A DNA stretch of 64,000 nucleotides, from NCBI GenBank assembly GCA_002722135.1, contig PBKJ01000008.1, positions 30,290-94,289 of the forward strand. Direction: 5' to 3'. Position 1 is the stretch's first letter. Every line of letters starts with the position of its first letter. The translations under genes were made by a program, and so were the position numbers. Source of the DNA: Methanobacteriota archaeon. GTDB taxonomy: Archaea > Thermoplasmatota > Poseidoniia > Poseidoniales > Poseidoniaceae. The notes below the pieces were generated by a model. It was not told where the DNA came from. It made no database searches and saw only the letters and a program-made list of their open reading frames with translations. Positions 1 through 9,294 of this stretch are shown one piece after another.

Positions 1-1
1 T

Positions 2-643
2 GACGCACGTCGCACGGTCATCTTCGGTCACTCGACCACCACCAAATTCGGTTCAAGACCGGGCGATGTGGCCTTCAGCGACGTCCGCCTTCCTGACGGT
101 CGGCCATCGTGGTTGGCCATGGACATCGGCGCCTACAACCACGTCGACCCAGGACTCGCTGCCGTTGACCTGAGATCGATGCGTATCCAGCGTCAGCAAA
201 CCCTCCGCTCCGAGCGTTGGTTCGATGCGCCGGACCGAAAGGAGGCTCCAGTCAGTGACTTCTTCGGCCTGCGCGCGCTTGAATCCCGACGTGACCGCCG
301 GGTGCGGCCACGCTCCAGCGGCTACGCCAGAACTGCTGGCGTGGTGCTACCAAGGGACGGTTCATGCCGTTCGTGGGCGGAATCCCAGGCCGCCATCGCC
401 GCCAACGAACTGACGCCCACGACGTGGCGACGGCTTCGGGCGGCAGCATCTCCACCGCCACCGCAACCAGCCCTCAGCCAACGTCAGGCGGCGCAACGTC
501 ATCGCATCCTCCTGGGACCAGGCAGGCCTCCAGAGCGAACGCATCCGGTGCTTCCGCCGCCTGAGCGCTATCGCATTATTCGCCGAAAAGAGGCGATAAA
601 ATCCGCTTCTAAGTCGAATTTGAAGCAATTGATGCGCGCATGA
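2..643 (+). CDS. Metallophosphoesterase (Ser/Thr phosphatase-like), 5'-truncated, with Arg/Pro-rich tail
   Basis: Frame open from window start: DARRTVIFGHSTT...WLAMDIGAY...LAAVDL, matching the C-terminal VFGH and IDTG motifs of calcineurin-like phosphoesterases. Confidence 0.6.
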   Translation, partial: DARRTVIFGHSTTTKFGSRPGDVAFSDVRLPDGRPSWLAMDIGAYNHVDPGLAAVDLRSMRIQRQQTLRSERWFDAPDRKEAPVSDFFGLRALESRRDRRVRPRSSGYARTAGVVLPRDGSCRSWAESQAAIAANELTPTTWRRLRAAASPPPPQPALSQRQAAQRHRILLGPGRPPERTHPVLPPPERYRIIRRKEAIKSASKSNLKQLMRA

Positions 644-876
644 TGCAGGATGACGAACATTCAAGAGGGAATACGGCGTTCTCCTGTTCATGACGCAACG
701 TGACCCACAGACGGCGCTGCTGATGCATCTCCTGGAAGGAGCGACCACCCCGCTGGCCAAAGCGATGGCTGCAGCGGTGGCCGATCGGCCGCGCGTGCTT
801 CGAGCTCAGCAAGCATGGGACCGTTTGTACGCCGAATGATGCGACAGCGTGAAGCCGCACACGTTCAACCAAGCGC

Positions 877-1509
877 GTGGACGGCGCAATCTTTCCAGCG
901 CTTTTGGGCGCAGGCACGGTCTTTGTCTTGGGCGCCATGAGCCCAGGACCGAGCCTTGCTGTCGTGCTGCGCAACACGTTGACGGGGGGGCGGCGCGGTG
1001 GCGTGGCCTGCGCCTTGGGCCACGGCCTCGGCTTTGGCGTGTACGCCCTTGTGGCGGTGTTCAGCCTCATCGCACTCTTGGAGGCGGCCGAGCAGGCCCT
1101 TCCGGTGTTGCGTGTCCTTGGTGCGTTGGTCCTGTTGATGTTCGCTCGATGGACGTGGACCTCGGCCGATTCACCTCCGGCTGTGCAGCATGAGCAACAG
1201 CGCGCATCGGGCCGAACCGGCTTTGCCGAGGGCGCTGCCATCGCCTTCCTGAACCCCAAAATCGCGGTCTTCATGGTCGCCGTGCTTTCGCAGGTCCTCG
1301 AACCCGGCATGTCGCTGTGGACCAAGGCCGCCATCGGTGGGCTCGGGATGGTGATCGACACGACATGGTACCTCATCGTCGCCCTCTTCCTGTCGAGCAA
1401 GCGGCTCGAGGATGTGCTTGAGCGCAGAAGCGGCGCCCTGAACCGAGGCTTAGCGGTGGCCTTGGCTGGATTGGCCGTGTGGACGATGGCGCAAGTCATC
1501 CTTCGCTAA
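877..1509 (+). CDS. LysE/RhtB family amino-acid exporter
   Basis: GAMSPGPSLAVVLRNTL and FLNPK motifs; about 6 TM helices. Confidence 0.9.
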   Translation: MDGAIFPALLGAGTVFVLGAMSPGPSLAVVLRNTLTGGRRGGVACALGHGLGFGVYALVAVFSLIALLEAAEQALPVLRVLGALVLLMFARWTWTSADSPPAVQHEQQRASGRTGFAEGAAIAFLNPKIAVFMVAVLSQVLEPGMSLWTKAAIGGLGMVIDTTWYLIVALFLSSKRLEDVLERRSGALNRGLAVALAGLAVWTMAQVILR

Positions 1510-1524
1510 ACAAGGGCAACTCTG

Positions 1525-1556
1525 CGTTAATAGAATCTCTTAAATTCTTATTAGCG
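1525..1556. promoter_or_regulatory. AT-rich imperfect inverted repeat (candidate operator overlapping the promoter of the oxidoreductase)
   Basis: cgttaata-gaat ctcttaa attcttattagcg, 11 nt upstream of the ATG at 1568, in GC-rich surroundings. Confidence 0.45.
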
Positions 1557-1567
1557 GGCGGCCGGTC

Positions 1568-2740
1568 ATGGTGATGGCCAACGAGTCCACGGAAGTCATT
1601 GAGGAAATCATCCCCCTCGATCCCTCTCAAGAATACGACACCATCGTCATTGGAGCCGGTGCGGCAGGCATTGGGGCTGCCATCGCCCTCATGCACGCTG
1701 GCGTTGAGAAATTCTTCGTCGTCGATCGCGAAACCGTTGGTGCTTCCTTCGCCAAATGGCCCGCTGAGACCCGTTTCATCACGCCCTCTTTCCCAAGCAA
1801 CTCCATCGGCATGCTGGATTTGAATTCGATTGCCGTGGGCGTTTCACCGGCGTTTAGCATGAAGGTGGAACACCCCACTGGCCAACAATATGCTCAACAC
1901 CTGAACAACTTGGCCACGTTCTTCGAGATTCCCATCTTGGAACACACGAACGTCAACGCCATCGAGAAGCACGACGGTCTGTACCACCTCCACTTCGATG
2001 AAGGGAGTTTCATGACCAAGAACGTCATTTGGGCCGCAGGTGAATTCCAATATCCGAAGACGGATGCGTTCGAGGGTGCTGAACTGTGCCGCCACACTGC
2101 GACCGTTCCCTCCTACGCTGAACTTGACGGCGACGATTTCCTGGTCATCGGCGGATACGAAAGCGGCGTGGATGCAGCATACCACCTCGCTGACAACGGG
2201 AAAAAGGTACACGTCTTTGACCGTGCAGACCCGTGGGGCGAGGGCAGCTCAAACCCCAGCATCGCCCTCGCAACCTTCACCATTGAACGAACACGCCATG
2301 CATGTTTCTCCGAACACGTCACGCTGCACGCCAACAACGGCGTTGAGCGTGTGACCTTCTCCGACGGCATGTACGAACTCACGACCAGCAACGGAGACAC
2401 CTTCCAAACGGCCACTCAACCCCTCTTCGCCGGCGGATTCGAAGGCAGCCACACCTTTGTGTCACACCTGTTCGAATCGCGGGACGATGGATTTCCCGAA
2501 TTGACCGACCGAGATGAATCGACCACGCACCCGGGCATGTTCCTCTGCGGTCCAGCCATCCGTCATGGAAACGAGAACTTCTGTTTCATCTACAAATACC
2601 GCCAGCGCTTTGCTGTGGTGGCCCAAGCCATCGCCTCCTCGCTTGGCCATGAGACCGACGACTTCGTGGAAGCCTACCGCGGGTGGGGCATGTACCTCGA
2701 CGACCTCTCGTGCTGCGGACAGGAGTGCTTGACGTGCTAA
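1568..2740 (+). CDS. NAD(P)/FAD-dependent oxidoreductase with Cys-rich C-terminus
   Basis: VIGAGAAG FAD motif, VIGGYESG second dinucleotide motif, ends DDLSCCGQECLTC. Confidence 0.85.
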   Translation: MVMANESTEVIEEIIPLDPSQEYDTIVIGAGAAGIGAAIALMHAGVEKFFVVDRETVGASFAKWPAETRFITPSFPSNSIGMLDLNSIAVGVSPAFSMKVEHPTGQQYAQHLNNLATFFEIPILEHTNVNAIEKHDGLYHLHFDEGSFMTKNVIWAAGEFQYPKTDAFEGAELCRHTATVPSYAELDGDDFLVIGGYESGVDAAYHLADNGKKVHVFDRADPWGEGSSNPSIALATFTIERTRHACFSEHVTLHANNGVERVTFSDGMYELTTSNGDTFQTATQPLFAGGFEGSHTFVSHLFESRDDGFPELTDRDESTTHPGMFLCGPAIRHGNENFCFIYKYRQRFAVVAQAIASSLGHETDDFVEAYRGWGMYLDDLSCCGQECLTC

Positions 2741-2793
2741 ACGAACAAGGAAGCCCGCTCACTGGTCCGACCAAGTCACGAAAATCTGTGGCG

Positions 2794-2952
2794 ATGAGTT
2801 TCGAATGGTTGGGGCAAACCATGGCCAGTGCATGCTGGATCGTCAGCGTGTTTGTGTACGGCATCTCCTCGACGGGCGACTGGTTGCAATTGGGGGCCGC
2901 ATCATGTTGGATGGTGGCCAACCTCGCGACGCTGGCTGGCGCAGAAGCCTGA
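2794..2952 (+). CDS. Small 52-aa membrane protein
   Basis: ATG at 2794; MSFEWLGQTMASACWIVSVFVYG...WLQLGAASCWMVANL, two hydrophobic segments. Confidence 0.6.
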   Translation: MSFEWLGQTMASACWIVSVFVYGISSTGDWLQLGAASCWMVANLATLAGAEA

Positions 2953-2968
2953 GCCAAGGTGCGCTGGC

Positions 2969-3898
2969 TCAGCGCTGACAGGCGGAGCAAAAGAAGGTCG
3001 AACGACCGGACTGAACGATCCGCTGAATCGTCTGGCCACAGAACCGTCCACCTTGCCCTGCACACGGTTGTCCTTCGCGATCGTACACCCGAAACTGGTG
3101 CGGGAAGTAGCCGAGATCACCCTCAACACCACGGAAATCGGAGAGCGTTGACCCCCCAGCTTGAATCGCTTCCGTCAACACCTCGCAGCAGGCCTCCCAC
3201 AAGGCTTCGAGGCGCTCCGTGGGTTGGTCGGCACCACGCACCAGGGTGTCGCTCCGGCGACGCGGTGAAAGGCCCGCCCGATGAAGGGCTTCGCAGACGT
3301 AGATGTTGCCCAAACCCGCAACGATGCGTTGATCGAGCAAGGCCGACTTCAGTGGCGTTCGGCGCCCGGCGAGCGCTTTCGCCAGCACCTGAGGGCTCCA
3401 CAGGGGAGCGCCGTCCATCACACCCTCGAGCGCCAAAGGCTCAGGGCCAATGTGCTCCATGCCTGCAAGCACCTCGTCCATCGTGGCATGAAGTTCAATC
3501 CAACCAAACCGGCGCGGGTCGGTGTACACCGCCACGTGGCCGTCGTCAAAACCGAGCACGAGGTGGTCGTGCCTCCCGAGCGCATCGTGCGCCTCGGGCG
3601 CCTTGACGCTTCGATGGTAGACACCGAGGGTTTGACCCTCGGTCGCCCGATGAAGGGTCCACCGCCCGGACATACCAAGATGCGACAGCAGCACTTGGCC
3701 GTCCTCCATCTGCACCACAAGGTGCTTGGCACGACGTTGAACGGCACGCACCGTCGAACCGACAAGCCGGGACTCGAGGCCTTCAGGGAAAGGAAAACGG
3801 AGGTCAGGTCGACGCTGATCGACGGTGACCACACGACGACCGGTCCATGCCTCCGCGAGGCCACGACGAACGGTCTCGACCTCAGGCAACTCAGGCAC
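2969..3898 (-). CDS. mutM: Formamidopyrimidine-DNA glycosylase (Fpg)
   Basis: GTG start then PELPEVET; HLGMSG, DPRRFG, H2TH GLGNIY and C-terminal zinc finger GRSTFFCSACQ. Confidence 0.95.
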   Translation of the reverse strand: MPELPEVETVRRGLAEAWTGRRVVTVDQRRPDLRFPFPEGLESRLVGSTVRAVQRRAKHLVVQMEDGQVLLSHLGMSGRWTLHRATEGQTLGVYHRSVKAPEAHDALGRHDHLVLGFDDGHVAVYTDPRRFGWIELHATMDEVLAGMEHIGPEPLALEGVMDGAPLWSPQVLAKALAGRRTPLKSALLDQRIVAGLGNIYVCEALHRAGLSPRRRSDTLVRGADQPTERLEALWEACCEVLTEAIQAGGSTLSDFRGVEGDLGYFPHQFRVYDREGQPCAGQGGRFCGQTIQRIVQSGRSTFFCSACQR

Positions 3899-4604
3899 GT
3901 GGCGGCCTCCCCACAACGAAGAGCAGATGCTTGTCTTCGAACCCCTCGAGGTCGATGACCTCTTCGAGGATGAGCCCTGCATCAGCAAGTTCGTGCTCGA
4001 CCTTCACGCGCAAGCCATCAGCATCCGTGCCACGGTCACTTTCGACCTTCAGCGAGAGCAAACCGCGCCCTCCCGGTACCAAAAAGCGCTCACAGGCCGA
4101 GGTGAAAATCGAGGCTTGGTGGGCTTGTGCCACGTCCTGAAACACCCACGACGCACGTCGGGGCAACCACGCGCGCCATGCTTCAGGCCGCCGCGCATCC
4201 CCCAAGACCGGCACCAAGCCGGGTCGTGCATGCGACAAGCGCGTCAAGTCACGCAAACACCGTGGCGAAAGGTCCACGGCGACCACACGACCCGGTGCTC
4301 CTCCGTGGCAGACCACGTCGTGGATGTGGCTCACAGTGGTGCCGTGACCGGCCCCCAGGTAGAGCACATGATCGCCGGGCGCGGGGAGGAGACGCTCCGC
4401 AGCGCCGGAGGTGCGGAGCAGTCCGGAGGCGACCTTGGAGCGACGAGGGTCCCACCGCCGCCACTCGCCCTGCTTGGCCTTCCGCAGCGTCTCTCCGTAG
4501 ACTGTAGCCCCGGGATTGGCGGACCACGTCCACGGCGCATGGACGTCCATCCGCACGGCATCGCTGAGTGGGCGCCCGGGTGGCTTTCCCGAGGCACGAC
4601 CCAT
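3891..4604 (-). CDS. flpA: Fibrillarin-like rRNA/tRNA 2'-O-methyltransferase
   Basis: VYGE, WDPRRSK, VLYLGAGHGTTVSH, DARRP, FQDVAQ motifs. Confidence 0.93.
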   Translation of the reverse strand: MGRASGKPPGRPLSDAVRMDVHAPWTWSANPGATVYGETLRKAKQGEWRRWDPRRSKVASGLLRTSGAAERLLPAPGDHVLYLGAGHGTTVSHIHDVVCHGGAPGRVVAVDLSPRCLRDLTRLSHARPGLVPVLGDARRPEAWRAWLPRRASWVFQDVAQAHQASIFTSACERFLVPGGRGLLSLKVESDRGTDADGLRVKVEHELADAGLILEEVIDLEGFEDKHLLFVVGRPPRA

Positions 4605-4606
4605 GG

Positions 4607-5611
4607 TCAGCGCCCCCCCTTGCGAGAGGGAGGGCGTGGGTGGGCAGCACGGATGGCGAGCACCTTGGCCTCGACCTCAGCCACGTCTTCAGCGGTCATC
4701 GGCGTGCCCTCGTAGGCGTCAAGCCGCGCGGCGATGCTGCACCGACCGGCGAGGGTGCGCGCGACTTTCCCCCGCACCCACAGAGGGGAACGCATCACCC
4801 ACGGGTGGGCGAAGAGGAAGCCGTGCTTCGGTGGTGGGGAGCCGGTTTTGAGATGGGCAAAGAAGGCCTTCTCCGCCCCAAGCACTTGGACGGTGGAGGA
4901 GGGCAATTTGGCCAAGCGAGCGCGCCCTCCTGCGCCCACGCACAGCCGGGCAGCCAACATGGGACCAACCAAAGCGCTGAGGCTCGGAAGGTGCGCTTCA
5001 GCGAGGGTGCGCAAGGCGGCCTCCAGCCGATCCAACCTCGCTTGAACGTCAACGGCCGCAGCCCCATGATCGCGGAGGCTCCTCCACTCCGAACGAGCGG
5101 GCAGGTGCAGCGGGGTTTGAAGCCCCAGGTGCCGAGCCAAGCCCCCCAAATCGTCGGCTTCGCCAAGGGCTCGAGCGGTGCCCAAACGATCCTTGTCCAG
5201 GTCCAGGTCTGGCAAGAAGAGGCCGAGCCATTCCACAAGACGGGAGAGGCGCACGTTGCTCGCTTGACGCACTTCCTCCATCGCTCGATGCAGGTGTTCG
5301 AGGCGCCGATCGAGGTCGCCTGCAGCGTCGGCGACGCCCCGCTCTGCAAGTCTGAGGGCAGCCTGATCCAAGAAGGCGAGGTCCTCGGCCGTGACCTCGG
5401 GCAGCTCGCCCTCACCCACGGGTTCAACGTTGGCTTCTGGGAATCGCTCAAGCAGTTGCGCTGCTTCGGGGGTCAGGCGTGCTTGCGCGACGCGCTCGAG
5501 GCGCTCAACGGCCCCTTGCACGCCGCCACCACCGGTCCACCTGAGGCGGTCCACCTGCACGCCGTCCTCGTTGACGAGGACCGCGACGTACCAGTCATGG
5601 AAGAGGCGCAC
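4607..5611 (-). CDS. nop5: Nop5 (Nop56/58) C/D RNP protein
   Basis: Nop domain LAKLPSSTVQVLGAEKAFF...PPKHG...GKVARTLA; adjacent to fibrillarin; start estimated (GTG 5611). Confidence 0.9.
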   Translation of the reverse strand: MRLFHDWYVAVLVNEDGVQVDRLRWTGGGGVQGAVERLERVAQARLTPEAAQLLERFPEANVEPVGEGELPEVTAEDLAFLDQAALRLAERGVADAAGDLDRRLEHLHRAMEEVRQASNVRLSRLVEWLGLFLPDLDLDKDRLGTARALGEADDLGGLARHLGLQTPLHLPARSEWRSLRDHGAAAVDVQARLDRLEAALRTLAEAHLPSLSALVGPMLAARLCVGAGGRARLAKLPSSTVQVLGAEKAFFAHLKTGSPPPKHGFLFAHPWVMRSPLWVRGKVARTLAGRCSIAARLDAYEGTPMTAEDVAEVEAKVLAIRAAHPRPPSRKGGR

Positions 5612-5700
5612 ATCGTGACGAACGGGCCATGGGCCAAGACCCTTCGCTCTGAAGGACGAGCGTCCGAAGCGTCTAAGTGACGTCACGACGGGCAAGACCC

Positions 5701-6054
5701 ATGTTCTGCCCGAAGTGTGGGACCTTGTCCTTCCCTTCTCCGTCCGGTGACATTGCTTGCACGAACTACAAGTGCGGCTACACCGGACCTGCAAAGTTGG
5801 TCGTGAAAGGCGCGGACGGGAAGAAGGTCGACCTGTCCAAGGCGAAATCGAAAACCGAGGCGGTCGACCGAGAATACGAGGTCATCAAGGACTCCGACAA
5901 GGCACGGGGCGTGCTGACCAGCGGAAGCTACCTGTGCCCCAAGTGCGATTGTGACCAGGTGTATTCCTACCTTGAGCAAACGCGTTCGTCTGATGAGCCC
6001 GAAACGCGAATGCTCACCTGCAAGGAATGCGACCACGGCTGGCGTGAGTACTGA
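5701..6054 (+). CDS. tfs: Transcription factor S / RpoM-family zinc-ribbon protein
   Basis: MFCPKCG N-terminal ribbon; CPKC...QTRSSDEPET...CKEC C-terminal TFIIS ribbon with acidic DE hairpin. Confidence 0.93.
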   Translation: MFCPKCGTLSFPSPSGDIACTNYKCGYTGPAKLVVKGADGKKVDLSKAKSKTEAVDREYEVIKDSDKARGVLTSGSYLCPKCDCDQVYSYLEQTRSSDEPETRMLTCKECDHGWREY

Positions 6055-6942
6055 TCACGCCTCGCTCCTTCCAGAGCGGTAGGCCTCAAGCACAGCGCGG
6101 GCGATGGCTTCTGGATCGTTCACGATTTGGCGATCGATGACCGTGGAGCCCACGAAAGCATCGCCGGCCACAACGGAGTCTTGCATGGAGAGGCCCTTTC
6201 CATCCTCCCTGGAAGCCTGCCGCTCCATATCGCCCTCGAAGCGCGACTGTGCGGCCTCAAGCAGCACGATTTCAGCACGCCGTTCCACAAGATCGTGCTC
6301 CAATCGCGTCACGTGCCGGCGTGTTTCGGACAACTCCTCCTCCAGAGCAGCAGCCCGTGCGTTGGCTTCGGCAACTTGCCGATGGACGGCGTCCAGAACC
6401 TGCTGGAAGGAGGCGGGGGCAGAGCCGGCCTGAACAGGGGGCAACGGGTCGAGCCCGGCATTCAACCCGCGACCCTCAACCACCGCAGAGGAGGAGGGAG
6501 GGGCGACAGCACCTTGCGTGAAGACCGCAGGATAGGCGAGGATGTATTGCGTCATCTGAGCAGGCCGCCACTGCTGTCCGCGTCTCAATCGACGCCATCG
6601 AGACCCGAGAGCGACCGACTGAAGCCAGCGCGCCAAGAGATGAAACTCGACCACGCTAAGCACCACGGCCAAGGTCAGGAGTTGCGGATCATCACCGTAG
6701 TACACGATGAGATCGATCAAGACAGCCAGAAAAACGCCGAACAAGGCCACCAGCACACCGATGCCGATGGTTTGAGCCCACAACGACGTGCGCCGCACGT
6801 TGCGGAAGGCCTCGTCCGACATACGTGTGTGGACCCGAACGCGGGTGTAGTACGGCATGGTGATGAGCAAGATACCAACCAACACCGCGACAGGACGCGT
6901 CAACCAATGGCCGGCATCAATGAGAAAGAAGCCCTCACTCAC
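6055..6942 (-). CDS. Hypothetical membrane protein with coiled coil
   Basis: Three N-terminal TM segments, heptad-like region EANARAAALEEELSE, fills gap after pcn. Confidence 0.7.
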   Translation of the reverse strand: MSEGFFLIDAGHWLTRPVAVLVGILLITMPYYTRVRVHTRMSDEAFRNVRRTSLWAQTIGIGVLVALFGVFLAVLIDLIVYYGDDPQLLTLAVVLSVVEFHLLARWLQSVALGSRWRRLRRGQQWRPAQMTQYILAYPAVFTQGAVAPPSSSAVVEGRGLNAGLDPLPPVQAGSAPASFQQVLDAVHRQVAEANARAAALEEELSETRRHVTRLEHDLVERRAEIVLLEAAQSRFEGDMERQASREDGKGLSMQDSVVAGDAFVGSTVIDRQIVNDPEAIARAVLEAYRSGRSEA

Positions 6943-7002
6943 AGGGGACCCTTCCTTTCACAGTGGAAAGTTCTCCCGGGTCGGGGAAGAAGGTTTCGTG
7001 CT

Positions 7003-7743
7003 TCAGTATCCTTCTTGCTCGACACGTGGTGCAAGGAAGTACTTGACTGAGCCGCTGCCGTCGCTGAAGGTGAAGTCCATCGCCAGAGGGAAGTTCTCAC
7101 CAAAGGCGATGGTCACGCTCTCGATGCTGCTGAACACCTTTCCGAGAGGGACGAGGTAGGTCAGGCTGTATTGGGACTTCGCGGGACTGTCGCAGGTGAT
7201 GCCCTGAAGTTCGTCGTGGCCGTAGACCACGGTCACCGAGTCGTTCGGTCCGGACACGTGGATGGTGAACTTCTCCGGGTCAATCGAGAGGGTCACCAAG
7301 TCGCCCACCTGGCGGGCAGCGCGGAACGCTTGTGCCAGTTCCGAACCGCGGATCGTCACGCTGCACGGCAGGTCCAGGTTGGGGAGGTTGGGGGGGTTCA
7401 GGGTGTTGTTGTCGAGGGGACGCGAACTCCGGTCAATCTTGCCGAGGTTCATCAGCACGTCGCCCTTTCCATCGTAGGTCATCGAGATGATGTCGTCCGC
7501 GCCACCGAGGCTGATGAGCTCCTTGAGTTTCTTCATCTCGAGGCCCACCATCGCTTCCTCAACCTCCCAGGTTTCGAAGGCCACAGCGTCGACGTCGAGC
7601 TTGACCATCGCCACGTGGGATGGGTCGACAACACGGACGTTGAGCCCGTTCTCGCTGAAGTCGAAGCGCGCTTCTTCCACGACGATGCTGATGGTATCGG
7701 CAATGCGAGAGAGAAGCTCCTGTCGAGCGGTGACGTTCAGCAT
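7003..7743 (-). CDS. pcn: DNA polymerase sliding clamp PCNA
   Basis: VDPSHVAMV, SQYSLTYL, KYFLAPR motifs; 246 aa. Confidence 0.95.
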   Translation of the reverse strand: MLNVTARQELLSRIADTISIVVEEARFDFSENGLNVRVVDPSHVAMVKLDVDAVAFETWEVEEAMVGLEMKKLKELISLGGADDIISMTYDGKGDVLMNLGKIDRSSRPLDNNTLNPPNLPNLDLPCSVTIRGSELAQAFRAARQVGDLVTLSIDPEKFTIHVSGPNDSVTVVYGHDELQGITCDSPAKSQYSLTYLVPLGKVFSSIESVTIAFGENFPLAMDFTFSDGSGSVKYFLAPRVEQEGY

Positions 7744-7855
7744 ATGAGGACCCGATTTGTCTGCCCCTTCGACGGCTTATGAACATCACCGGACGGAGCG
7801 GCGGAGTGCTGCGAAGCGAGCCGCAATTCTAAGAGGAGAGCCGCCACGGAGAAGC

Positions 7856-9004
7856 GTGGACGAGAGCGATGAGCGCGTCGGCACCGCGGAGCCGGTGCTC
7901 GGGCCTGACGGTCAACCCTACCGCGTGGCCGTGCTGGTGCCGACCATCAACAACGCCGATGAATTGGACGGTGTGTTGGCGCGCCTCATGCGCCAAACTT
8001 ACCCGTCCTACGAGGTCATCGTGTCCGATTCGAAGTCCAAGGACCACACGCGTGCGGTCTGCGAAAAGCACGGTGTAACGTGGTTTGACGACGATTCAAC
8101 CAACCGAGCCGACGCGTGCACCAACGTCCTGCAGACCATGGACCACGACCTCGTCCTGTTCACCGACGACGACACCGTCCCGCCCATCGACTGGGTCGAG
8201 AACCTCGTGCGCTGGTTTGCCGACCCTGAGGTCGGTGGCGTCGGAGGCCCCAACTTTGCTCCCGATCACGATCCCTTTGGCGCAAAGTGCGCAGACGTGG
8301 CCTTCTGTACTCGCTTCATGACCGCCGGCACGCGCTACGGGGCACGCCCGAAAGGAGAGCTCGTGCCCATCAGCCACAATCCGGGCGTGAATTGTGCCCA
8401 CCGGATGGCCAACCTCCGAGAAGTCGGTTTCTTTGAATCGGGTTGCATCGGTGCAGAAGACGTCGTTTTGGACGCAAAAATTCAGCGCGCTGGACACAAG
8501 TTGTTCATGGATCCGTCCAACGTCATGCCCCACCGACGACGACGCCCGTTCAAGCCGTACATGAAGCAAATGCGGAACTACGGCTACACCCGCATGGTGG
8601 CCAACAAGCGCTGGCCGGAAATCGCAGCGTGGTCGCACACCGCCGTCGGCCTCTTCCCATGGCTTGTGATCGCGGCCACATTGGCCATGCTGGCCGGTGC
8701 CAGCACGGGTGGCGCAGCGCCTGATCTGTGGTTCACCCTTGAGGGCGAGTGGGACCTGTCCCGCGTCGCCTTCCATGGCACGCTGGGCCTTGCTTCACTC
8801 TACGTGGCCATCGCCTGGCTCGGAGCGGCCACGGGCACCAGTCCGCACCGCTCCATCGGCACCGTGGCCTTGGCACCGCTGTTCGTCTTCCTCGCGCACT
8901 GGGCGTACGGTCAGGGCGTCAACAAAGCATGGCGGGAAATCCGTAGAACCGGCGGGGCCGCTGGCGTTGGCCGGCAAATCGACGACCGCACACGGACCAT
9001 CTGA
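7856..9004 (+). CDS. GT2 glycosyltransferase with C-terminal TM helices
   Basis: VLVPTIN, VIVSDSKSKD, LFTDDD (DxD), AEDVVL; start estimated (GTG 7856). Confidence 0.88.
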   Translation: MDESDERVGTAEPVLGPDGQPYRVAVLVPTINNADELDGVLARLMRQTYPSYEVIVSDSKSKDHTRAVCEKHGVTWFDDDSTNRADACTNVLQTMDHDLVLFTDDDTVPPIDWVENLVRWFADPEVGGVGGPNFAPDHDPFGAKCADVAFCTRFMTAGTRYGARPKGELVPISHNPGVNCAHRMANLREVGFFESGCIGAEDVVLDAKIQRAGHKLFMDPSNVMPHRRRRPFKPYMKQMRNYGYTRMVANKRWPEIAAWSHTAVGLFPWLVIAATLAMLAGASTGGAAPDLWFTLEGEWDLSRVAFHGTLGLASLYVAIAWLGAATGTSPHRSIGTVALAPLFVFLAHWAYGQGVNKAWREIRRTGGAAGVGRQIDDRTRTI

Positions 9005-9042
9005 CGCAATCCTGTTGGTCTGCAGGCACCCCAACACCATCA

Positions 9043-9294
9043 ATGCCCGAGGACGACCGCCCCTTGTTGACCGACGAGGAGGAAATCTGGAGCGCCCTTC
9101 GAACGGCCATCGGCGGCCTTGCTGTGCTCGATCTGGTGACGATGATCATCGTCTCAGAAGCCATGGAAGAACGCACGTGGCAGGGCATGAGCGTCTCGGT
9201 ATGGGCCATCGTCATCGGCGTGCCTATCTTCGCTCTTTTGAGCGCGCTGACGCTCTTTGGCGACCGAATCATCCTTCGGAATCATCGCCAATGA
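9043..9294 (+). CDS. Small two-TM membrane protein
   Basis: 83-aa ORF, two hydrophobic helices, co-oriented with the GT2. Confidence 0.65.
   Translation: MPEDDRPLLTDEEEIWSALRTAIGGLAVLDLVTMIIVSEAMEERTWQGMSVSVWAIVIGVPIFALLSALTLFGDRIILRNHRQ

Noticed and set aside
638-726. Possible box C/D sRNA (ATGATG...CTGA)
   Set aside because: Imperfect C box, no convincing D'/C' pair, and longer than typical
6956-6970. ORB-like TTTCACAGTGGAAAG downstream of pcn
   Set aside because: Single imperfect copy in a 60-nt spacer; insufficient support
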